In this document: positions 35,900-43,194 of the stretch, one piece after another
How the letters are laid out: each line of letters opens with the position of its first letter
Position numbering within the stretch: position 1 is the first letter of the stretch
Assembly (NCBI GenBank): GCA_034667725.1
Contig: JAXDQS010000001.1
Coordinates: 96,001-160,000, forward strand
Direction: 5' to 3'
DNA from: Thermoplasmata archaeon
Lineage (GTDB): Archaea > Thermoplasmatota > E2 > JACPAO01 > JAHFTW01
Length of the DNA stretch: 64,000 nt
Position numbers and translations under genes: made by a program
The notes under the pieces: generated by a model
Seen by the model: the letters and a program-made list of their open reading frames with translations, nothing else
What the model was told of the DNA's origin: nothing
Database searches by the model: none

Positions 35900-36620
35900 G
35901 CCCACCGTCGACACCGCCTACCTCCACTTCGACGAGACCGGCAGCATCCCGGCCATCAAGTACGCCCGCATCACCCTCGGGATGGGCCTGCCCATCATCG
36001 CCGCCCGCGACGACAAGCAGGTCGTGGTGGCCACCGTCAACCGCGACGGCAACCCGCTCTACACCGGCGCCGACAAGACCATCCGCGTCAGCCGCGACTG
36101 CGTCGTCCTGGTCACCGGCCACGGCGGCGACACCAACCAGGTCCGCCAACTGCTGCGGGACCTCGCGGTCAACCACAAGTTCGTCCTCGGCAGCGAGGTC
36201 TCCCCCAAGGAGGTCAGCCTCGCGCTCTCCGACTACCTGCACCAGCTCGGCATGAGCTACCGCCGCCCCCTCGGCGTCGGCATCATCGTCGCCGGCTTCG
36301 ACGTCCACGGCACCGAGCCCGCGCTCTACCACTGCGACGTCGACGGCAACGCCACCGACCGTGTCGGCATCGCCCTCGGCAAGGAGGCCAGCCAGGCCGA
36401 GCACATCCTCCAGGACGGCATGCGCTCCAAGGGCCCCAAGAAGCTCGAGGACATCGTCCGCGCCGCCGCCGACGCCGCCATCAAGGGCTTGAAGGAGTCC
36501 AACGTCGACATGGCCGGGCAGAGCTTCCGCGTCGACCTGGAGGCGCTGCGGCCGAGCCGCGAGGTCACGGCCCCCGCCACCGAGCGCAAGCCCGCGAAGG
36601 AACCCAAGGGCAGCGCCTAG
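35895..36620 (+). CDS. psmA: Highly divergent proteasome alpha-type subunit
   Basis: VDTAYLHFDETGSIPAIKYAR (cf. [21 protein letters not shown]), ADK, TGHGGD, RPLGVGIIVAGFD, LYHCDVDG, IALG; GGAGG SD upstream. Confidence 0.8.
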   Translation: MKPTVDTAYLHFDETGSIPAIKYARITLGMGLPIIAARDDKQVVVATVNRDGNPLYTGADKTIRVSRDCVVLVTGHGGDTNQVRQLLRDLAVNHKFVLGSEVSPKEVSLALSDYLHQLGMSYRRPLGVGIIVAGFDVHGTEPALYHCDVDGNATDRVGIALGKEASQAEHILQDGMRSKGPKKLEDIVRAAADAAIKGLKESNVDMAGQSFRVDLEALRPSREVTAPATERKPAKEPKGSA

Positions 36621-36641
36621 CCGCCCACCGCCCCGGACGAA

Positions 36642-36675
36642 ACACAGATTCCACAGAGTTCTGTGGAATCTGTGT
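36642..36675. repeat. Perfect 16-bp inverted repeat ACACAGATTCCACAGA-GT-TCTGTGGAATCTGTGT between convergent genes
   Basis: Read directly; AT-richer than flanks. Confidence 0.85.
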
Positions 36676-36705
36676 CTAGTGGGTCGAGGGGAGTCGGGAA
36701 AGGCG

Positions 36706-37818
36706 TCAGGGCGCCCCGTACCCCTCGCGCAACTCGAACTCCAGCGCCGGCTCCGGCCCGAAGCGCGCCGGGTCCAGGTCCGCGTGCGGCCGCCCGCGCA
36801 CCACGTCGGCCAGCCGCTGCCCCAACGCCAGCGACCGCATCAGCCCGAAGCCGTTGTCGCCCGTCAGCACGAACAGCCCCGGCCGCCCCGGCACCGCGCC
36901 GCACAGCGGCCGGCGGTCGGGCGTGCCGACGCACAGCCCAGCCCAGCCGGACCGCACCGTCGCCTCGCCGCCATGCGTGAAGCGGCGCACGACCCGCTCG
37001 GCCGTGTGCACGATGAACTCCGGGTCCGCGACCTCGTTGTAGGCCTCCGGGTCGAACGGGCGCAACTGGGTCCCATTGCCCGCCAGCATGGAGCCCGCCG
37101 ACTCCGGCCGGGTGTAGAAGTGCTGCACCAGGTCGTGGACGATGGGCAGCTCCTCCGCGTCCGGGATGGCCAGGCTGGCCAACTGGGTGCGGTAGGCCAG
37201 CAACGGCAGGCGGACGCCGTCCTTGGCCAGCAAGTCGCGGGTCCAGGCGCCGCCGCACACCGCCACCACGCCGCCGCCGTTGCGGAGGTCGGCGAGGCTT
37301 GCCGCCGAGCGCTCGCGCACCGTGACGCCCTCCTGCTCCAGCCGCGCCCGCAGCGCCGCCAAGAAGTCGCCCGCCTCGATGACGCCGTCCTCCTGCGCCA
37401 CCAAGACCTCCTCGCTGGGCGCGAACTCGACGCCCGGGAACTCGCGGCCCGCCTCGCGCGCCGACATGCGGTCGCACTCCTCAGTATGCCGCTCGACCCG
37501 GGATTGCAGCTCGTCCAGCATCGGCGACCCCTGCGGCCCCACGATGATGGACTCCGTCGGCCGCCACGCCGCCTTCGCGTTGCGCTCGCCGGCCGCCATC
37601 GCAAGCGCGATCAGCTCGCCCAAGGCGCCGCGCGTCTCCGCGATGAGCCGGTAGTCGGCGTCGTTCCACGCAAACGACGACAGGATGCCGGCCGCCTTGG
37701 CCGACGCGCCCGCGCCCAGGTTGGCGCGCTCGACGAGGGTCACGGCGTGCCCGGCCTCCGCCAAGGCGAGCGCCGAGGCGCAGCCGAGGGCGCCGCCACC
37801 GACGACGGTGATGTCCAC
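36706..37818 (-). CDS. FAD-dependent oxidoreductase, DAO/sarcosine-oxidase-beta family
   Basis: VVGGGALG, GASAKAAG, GGAW, WAGL...TPDRRPLCG, GDNGFG. Confidence 0.85.
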   Translation of the reverse strand: MDITVVGGGALGCASALALAEAGHAVTLVERANLGAGASAKAAGILSSFAWNDADYRLIAETRGALGELIALAMAAGERNAKAAWRPTESIIVGPQGSPMLDELQSRVERHTEECDRMSAREAGREFPGVEFAPSEEVLVAQEDGVIEAGDFLAALRARLEQEGVTVRERSAASLADLRNGGGVVAVCGGAWTRDLLAKDGVRLPLLAYRTQLASLAIPDAEELPIVHDLVQHFYTRPESAGSMLAGNGTQLRPFDPEAYNEVADPEFIVHTAERVVRRFTHGGEATVRSGWAGLCVGTPDRRPLCGAVPGRPGLFVLTGDNGFGLMRSLALGQRLADVVRGRPHADLDPARFGPEPALEFELREGYGAP

Positions 37819-37868
37819 GCCCGCCGGACGGCGGCACGCCTTATGGCCGGAGCGCCCTGGCGGGCCGC

Positions 37869-38291
37869 ATGGACGGGGTCATCTGCGAGAAGGGTCGCCA
37901 CGTCAACTGCCTGCACGCCAAGCGCAAGGCGAAGGCGGCCAGCCCCGTGCAGGACTACCTGGCCGGCCTAGCCCCCGAGCCGCGGGCGGCCTTGGAGAAG
38001 CTCCAGAAGGCCATCCTGGCGGCGGCGCCGACGGCGGTCGAGGGCATGAGCTACGGGATGCCCGCCTTCAAGCTGGACGGCCACGGCATCGCGGCGTTCG
38101 CGGCCTTCAAGGACCACTTGAGCTTCTTCCCGATGAGCGGCACCCTGGTGGCGACGATGCAGGCCGACCTTGGGGGGTTCAAGACCTCCAAGGGCACCGT
38201 GCAGTTCACCCTGGACAAGCCCCTTCCGGCAGCGCTCGTCAAGAAGATGGTCAAAGCCCGCATCGCAGAGTTGCGGACGACGGGGCGCTGA
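37869..38291 (+). CDS. DUF1801/YdhG-like protein
   Basis: VQDYL...LEKL...I...AP...MSYGMPAF...FAAFKDHLSFFP...SKGTVQF...PLP..LV. Confidence 0.85.
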   Translation: MDGVICEKGRHVNCLHAKRKAKAASPVQDYLAGLAPEPRAALEKLQKAILAAAPTAVEGMSYGMPAFKLDGHGIAAFAAFKDHLSFFPMSGTLVATMQADLGGFKTSKGTVQFTLDKPLPAALVKKMVKARIAELRTTGR

Positions 38292-38299
38292 CGCAGGCT

Positions 38300-38455
38300 C
38301 ATATATGGGGTGGGTGTCGGCCCGACTTGCAGCAGGCTTGCCCGCTGCCCTGGAATGTGCCCCCGCCGCCTCGTGCGGCACGCCCGGCCGGACCTCGTGT
38401 CTGGCCACCAACGGCGCGGGGTGAACCTGGAAACCCGCGACCTCAAAGGTGCATC
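38300..38455 (+). promoter_or_regulatory. TATA element (CATATAT) and long structured 5' leader of rpl15e, candidate eL15 ribosomal-protein leader
   Basis: About 130 nt GC-rich untranslated stretch with hairpins (GCAGCAGGCTTGCCCGCTGC; GGCCGGAC...GTCTGGCC; CGCGGG...CCCGCG) between TATA and ATG. Confidence 0.45.
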
Positions 38456-39088
38456 ATGCCCAACGCGTACCACCACATCGGAGAAGCCTGGAAGAGGCAC
38501 GAGAAGACCCACGGCAGCGCCCAGTGGAACCGCCTCGTCGAATGGCGCGAGAGCGAGTCGTTCGCCCGCGTCGAGAAGCCGCTGCGCCTCGACCGCGCCC
38601 GCGCCCTCGGCTACAAGGCAAAGCAGGGCATCATCGTGGTGCGCGCCCGCGTCCGCCGCGGCGGCCTGCACAAGAAGCGCTTCGTCCAGGGCCGCGTCCC
38701 CTCCAAGATGGGTGTCGCCAAGATCACGATGCGCCAGAACACCCAGGCCATCGCCGAGGTCCGCACCTCGAAGCACTACCCGAACCTCGAGGTCCTGAAC
38801 TCGTACTGGGTCGGCGAGGACGGCAAGCACCACTACTACGAGGTCATCCTCGTGGACCCCTTCCACCCCGCCATCCAGTCCGACAAGCACCTGGCCTGGA
38901 TCTGCACCAAGCCCGCCACCAACCGTGTGCTGCGTGGCAAGACCGCGGCCGGCCAGCGCCACCGCGGCCTGCGCTGGAAGGGCACGGGCTCGGAGCACAC
39001 CCGCCCGTCGGTCAGCAAGTCCGGCGTCCGCCGCAAGGACAAGCTGCTGTGGAAGCGCCAGGACCAGGCGCGCCGCACCAAGCTGTGA
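38456..39088 (+). CDS. rpl15e: 50S ribosomal protein L15e
   Basis: RLDRARALGYKAKQG, VRRGG, YPNLEVLNSYWVGEDG.H.YYEVILVDP.HPAI, RGKTAAG. Confidence 0.98.
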   Translation: MPNAYHHIGEAWKRHEKTHGSAQWNRLVEWRESESFARVEKPLRLDRARALGYKAKQGIIVVRARVRRGGLHKKRFVQGRVPSKMGVAKITMRQNTQAIAEVRTSKHYPNLEVLNSYWVGEDGKHHYYEVILVDPFHPAIQSDKHLAWICTKPATNRVLRGKTAAGQRHRGLRWKGTGSEHTRPSVSKSGVRRKDKLLWKRQDQARRTKL

Positions 39089-39099
39089 GCCTGCAGCGA

Positions 39100-39133
39100 T
39101 TCCTTTTCCCCTCCTTCTCCCCTTCTTTTCTTC
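39100..39133 (+). terminator. Polypyrimidine terminator-like tract after rpl15e
   Basis: TTCCTTTTCCCCTCCTTCTCCCCTTCTTTTCTTC. Confidence 0.55.
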
Positions 39134-39508
39134 GTGTCCGCTGACGCCAACCGTGCCACGGCCTTGGCCTTCCTTCGTCAGGCCGCGGCCGGCGACGTCG
39201 AGCCGTTGAAGGCCCTCGTCGCCCCTGGGGCCCGCCACCACAACCAGTATTTTCCGGCCGGCTTCGACGCGCTGCTGGCGGCGATGGCCGAGAACGCCCG
39301 GCAGCAGCCTCGCAAGGCGTTCACGGTCCATCATGCCGTCGCGGAAGGGGACCTGGTCGCGGTCCACTCGCACCTGGTCCCCGAGCCGGGCCAGCCTGGG
39401 ATGATGGTGCTGCACCTGTTCCGGTTCGCGAAAGGCAAGGTCATCGAGCTGTGGGACATGGGGCAGCCCATCCAGCCTGATGGCCCGAACCGCGACGGGC
39501 CGTTCTGA
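39134..39508 (+). CDS. SnoaL-like/NTF2-family protein
   Basis: HHN..P.G, AVAEGDLVAVH, HLFRF..GKVIELWD. Confidence 0.85.
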   Translation: MSADANRATALAFLRQAAAGDVEPLKALVAPGARHHNQYFPAGFDALLAAMAENARQQPRKAFTVHHAVAEGDLVAVHSHLVPEPGQPGMMVLHLFRFAKGKVIELWDMGQPIQPDGPNRDGPF

Positions 39509-39517
39509 GTCGTCGAA

Positions 39518-40978
39518 TCACGCGATGGGCGCGTCGGTGTCCACGAGGTTGCCGCCGTAGCCGCCGCCGAGGCCGCCGTGGCCCCACTTCAGCAGCAGGC
39601 CTTGGTGGCGCGCCCAGTCGGCGTTGTAGTCGGCGCAGGGGCAGGGCTCGTAGTCCGCCTGCCAGGTGCGCACCGTCGTGGGTTGGCCGATGACCTTGGT
39701 GGCGTAGCTGCCTTCCCCGATGACCTGGGTGTCCATCGACTGCAAGGCGCAGCGGACGATCACGTTGCCGGTGACGTTCTGGCCGACGGCGACGGCGGCG
39801 GGCCAGGAGGGCGGGGCATAGCTGACGGGCTCGTCGATGGCCGCGTAGGTGTCCTGCGGCGTGTTGTATTGGCTGTAGGTGTGCTCGGTGCCCCGGCAGG
39901 TGCCGCGCCAGCCGTCGCGGGTGTAGCGGAGCTCGACCATCACGTCGTAGCTGACCCAGTAGTCGCCGCCGGGGGAGCCGGAGCCGCCGGTGGCGTGGTA
40001 GGTGGCGGAGCTCTCGACGGGCGTCGGCCACGTGGTGGGCTGGGCCGACGGCCAGCGGTAGGGCGAGGATTGGCTGCACACGGCTTGGCTGTTGCAGGCG
40101 CGGAACTGGACGAAGGAGCCGTCCGGCGCCGCGATGGCGGCGGCGAAGTCGCCGTAGGATTGGCGGGCAAGGTTGCGCCAGGCGCCGCCGTCGACGCGGG
40201 CCTCGACCTTGGCCGCGGGCTGGCTGGCGGGGGTGTAGACGTTGGCCTGCACCCAGCCGGTGTTGCCCTTGACGTTCAGGAACAGCGCCTCGAACACGCC
40301 ACGCTCGGCGGGGAACGGCGCCGCGTTCGGCCAGGTCCAGCCGTTGGAGGGGAAGTAGAGGGCGCCGTCGGTGGCGCGGACCCGGAACTGCACTTCGGCG
40401 CCAGAGACGACATGGGTCGAGACGGCCCAGCCGCCCCAGCTCTGCAGCTTGAGCGGGACCCAGGTGCCGCCGTCGACGCGGGCATCGACGCCCGCGAGGG
40501 CGCGGTCGCTCTTGACGGAGACTTGGATCCACCATTCGTTGCCCTGGATGCCGGACAGCGTGGGGTTGTAGCCGGTCGGCGCGGGCGGGGGCGGAGGCGG
40601 CGGAGGGGGCGGCGTGGTGGAGCACTTCTCGGCGCCGGCAGGGTGGCTGAACCAGCAGCTCAACTGCTGCGCGCCGCCGCTCCAGGAGGCCCGGAACCGG
40701 ACGTCGTGGCCGGGCTCGATGTGGAACGAGGCCGCGTAGGCGCCCCAGGACTTCTTCTCCATCTTGACCCACGGCCCGCCGGTGTCCTGGCCTTCCAGGG
40801 TCATGACGGTGCCGGAGCCTTGGCCCGACAGCACCACCTCGACCCACCACTCGTTGCCGGTCCTGTGGTCGAACACGATGGCCTTGCCCGTGTCGTTCTG
40901 AAGATGGTTGCCGCCAGCGGGCACGCCCAAGAAGGCGGCTGCGACGAGCAGCGCGACCAGCAGGGCGGCGCGGGGCAT
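39518..40978 (-). CDS. Secreted protein with three 'GNEWW/SWG' (expansin-D2/CBM63-like) modules plus a unique C-terminal domain
   Basis: Signal peptide; repeats GNEWWVEV..KKSWGAY, GNEWWIQV..LQSWGGW, GNTGWVQ..RQSYGDF; poly-Pro linker. Confidence 0.75.
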   Translation of the reverse strand: MPRAALLVALLVAAAFLGVPAGGNHLQNDTGKAIVFDHRTGNEWWVEVVLSGQGSGTVMTLEGQDTGGPWVKMEKKSWGAYAASFHIEPGHDVRFRASWSGGAQQLSCWFSHPAGAEKCSTTPPPPPPPPPPAPTGYNPTLSGIQGNEWWIQVSVKSDRALAGVDARVDGGTWVPLKLQSWGGWAVSTHVVSGAEVQFRVRATDGALYFPSNGWTWPNAAPFPAERGVFEALFLNVKGNTGWVQANVYTPASQPAAKVEARVDGGAWRNLARQSYGDFAAAIAAPDGSFVQFRACNSQAVCSQSSPYRWPSAQPTTWPTPVESSATYHATGGSGSPGGDYWVSYDVMVELRYTRDGWRGTCRGTEHTYSQYNTPQDTYAAIDEPVSYAPPSWPAAVAVGQNVTGNVIVRCALQSMDTQVIGEGSYATKVIGQPTTVRTWQADYEPCPCADYNADWARHQGLLLKWGHGGLGGGYGGNLVDTDAPIA

Positions 40979-41062
40979 GCTCTCTTCTTGTCGCCCAGGA
41001 AGGGAAAGGCTGTCGTCTGGCGCAACCGGGCCCTTCGGCAAGGGGATTCCCCGGCCGGCCGC

Positions 41063-41092
41063 AAGAAAAGGGAAGAAAGAGGAGGAAAAAGG
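41063..41092 (-). terminator. Polypyrimidine tract (minus strand) after the 41107 gene
   Basis: Purine-only run on the + strand. Confidence 0.45.
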
Positions 41093-41106
41093 CGGCCTTG
41101 GCCGCG

Positions 41107-43194
41107 CTAGCAGGCGATGGTCGCCGCGAACCCGCCGCTTGGCGGGATCCAGCGGTAGCAGCCCGAGACGTCGGCCGCGCCGGCGCCGCTGGTGGCCCGG
41201 AACTGGACCTTGGTGCCCTCCACGATGTGGTAGGACGCCGCGTAGTCCGTCGGGCCCCACGACTGCTTCGCGAGGGGCTGCCAGGCGCCGCCGTTGAGGC
41301 GCACCTCCACCTTGGCGATGGTGTGGCCGCTGTTCGGCGACACCTTGGCCTGCACCCACCACTCGTTGCCCGTCACGAACCCGAAGGTGGCGTCGAAGCC
41401 GGTCGGGGGCGGGGGCGGCGGAGGCGGCGGCGTGCCGCCGGGGCAGGCCACCTTGGTGGCGTCCGCGTTGCTCGGCGGGATCCAGCGGTAGCAGTCGCTC
41501 AGGTCGGTGGCGCCGGTGTTGGCGGTGGCGCGGAACTGCACGATGGTGCCGTCCACGGCGCGCAGGCCGGCGGACCAGCCCCACGACTGCTGCGTCATCG
41601 GCTTCCAGTCGCCGCCGTTGAGGCGAAGCTCCACCTTGGCGAGGATGGAGGTGCCGGTGGCGACGTGCACCTGCTCCCACCACTCGTTGCCGCGCACCTG
41701 CGAGAAGGTCGCGTCGAACGCGGGCGGCGGGGGAGGCGGCGGCGGGGCGCTGCCCGCGTACTCCACGATGTAGGCGTTCACGGGCGGGCAGCACGCCCCG
41801 GTGCGGCTGGAGCCGGCCACGATGGCGTCGAGGGTGCCGTCGCCGTCGTTGTCGCCGGTGGCGATGGACCGCAGCTCGTCGCCGGAGCCCACCTGCGCCA
41901 CCGTGGTGACGAACCAGGCGGACGGGATCCAGCGGACCTGCAGGACGCGGCCGTCCTCGTCCACGGCGTAGAGCTCGAACTTGTCGTCGCGGTCCAGGTC
42001 GTGCAGCATGAGGTCGTAGGCGGCGCGCGGGCCCAAGGGAATCGAGGTGCCGAACCAGTCGCTGTCATGGAACGAGTAGCGGTCGATGCGCGTGGAGGCG
42101 CTCGCGACGTTGCGCAGCACGTAGAGCTCCTGCTGGCCGTCGTTGTCGCCGTCGGTGGCCAGGATGTCCACGACCTCCTGGTCGGTCGAGGAGACGAACT
42201 GGAGCTGGGTGTTGTAGCCGCCCGTCGCGTCCCGCTCGATGCGGTAGACGGCCTGCCGGTCGCCGTTGTAGCCGGCGGCCCACAGCTCGGGGATGCCGTC
42301 GCGGGTGGCGTCGCCGAAGGCCAGGTAGGGCGCGGCGTCGGCCGACACGAGCTGCACGCCGTCGGGCAGCTGCCAGTCGAAGTCCACGCGGTACAGGGGC
42401 TGCTCGCCGAAGCCGTTGGAGGTGCCGACGTAGAGCGAGACGTCGCCGTCGCCCCAGTTGCCGACCGTCATGCTGCGCACCGGGTAGGGCAGGTCGGCGG
42501 CGACGGTGGTCTGCCAGCCGGGGAAGACCCATTCGTGGCGCAGCACGAGGTCATGGGTGCCGACGCCGCTGCGGCCCGAGGAATACACCTCGGGGCGGCG
42601 GTCGCCGTCGAGGTCGGCGACGAGGACGCGGGTGCGCTCGCGGTCGGTGACCAGGGTGCTGGTCCAAGCGCCGGCGTCGTTGCGCTCCATCGCGACCAGG
42701 CCCTCGCGGGTCGGGACGTAGACCTCGGTGTGAGTGTCCCGGTCGAGGTCGCCGGTGGCGATGCCCAGGTCGTCCGGCATCGAGCCGGTCGTGAACGCCT
42801 TGGCCGTCGCCCAGCCGGCGGGCGGCGGCGGGTTGTCGCACATCTCGGTGCCCGCGGGGTGCGTGAACCAGCAGGACACGGCCTGCACGCCGTCGCCGAA
42901 GGTCGCGCGGAACCGGACCTCCTCGCCCGGCGGGAAGGCGTAGCTGCCGGCCCAGGAGCCCCAGGACTTCTTCTCCAAGGGATGCCAGACGCGGTTCGTC
43001 TCGTCCTGCACGTCCACGCGCACGACCGAGGAGGCCGCGGCGCCGCCCAGCACGACCTCGACCCAGTAGTCGTTGCCCGTCTTGTGGTCGAACACGATGG
43101 ACTTGCCCGAGTCGTTCTGGGTGTGGTTGGCCTGGACGGGGACGAGCCCGCCAAGCAGCAGGGCGACCCCGAAGGCCGCCAGCACCCGCCTCAT
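41107..43194 (-). CDS. Secreted protein: GNxxW module + 7-bladed FG-GAP/VCBS propeller + two GNEWW modules
   Basis: Signal peptide MRRVLAAFGVALLLGG; seven DxDxDG-like..E.Y motifs; poly-Pro linkers; ATGA overlap with the upstream paralogue. Confidence 0.8.
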   Translation of the reverse strand: MRRVLAAFGVALLLGGLVPVQANHTQNDSGKSIVFDHKTGNDYWVEVVLGGAAASSVVRVDVQDETNRVWHPLEKKSWGSWAGSYAFPPGEEVRFRATFGDGVQAVSCWFTHPAGTEMCDNPPPPAGWATAKAFTTGSMPDDLGIATGDLDRDTHTEVYVPTREGLVAMERNDAGAWTSTLVTDRERTRVLVADLDGDRRPEVYSSGRSGVGTHDLVLRHEWVFPGWQTTVAADLPYPVRSMTVGNWGDGDVSLYVGTSNGFGEQPLYRVDFDWQLPDGVQLVSADAAPYLAFGDATRDGIPELWAAGYNGDRQAVYRIERDATGGYNTQLQFVSSTDQEVVDILATDGDNDGQQELYVLRNVASASTRIDRYSFHDSDWFGTSIPLGPRAAYDLMLHDLDRDDKFELYAVDEDGRVLQVRWIPSAWFVTTVAQVGSGDELRSIATGDNDGDGTLDAIVAGSSRTGACCPPVNAYIVEYAGSAPPPPPPPPAFDATFSQVRGNEWWEQVHVATGTSILAKVELRLNGGDWKPMTQQSWGWSAGLRAVDGTIVQFRATANTGATDLSDCYRWIPPSNADATKVACPGGTPPPPPPPPPTGFDATFGFVTGNEWWVQAKVSPNSGHTIAKVEVRLNGGAWQPLAKQSWGPTDYAASYHIVEGTKVQFRATSGAGAADVSGCYRWIPPSGGFAATIAC

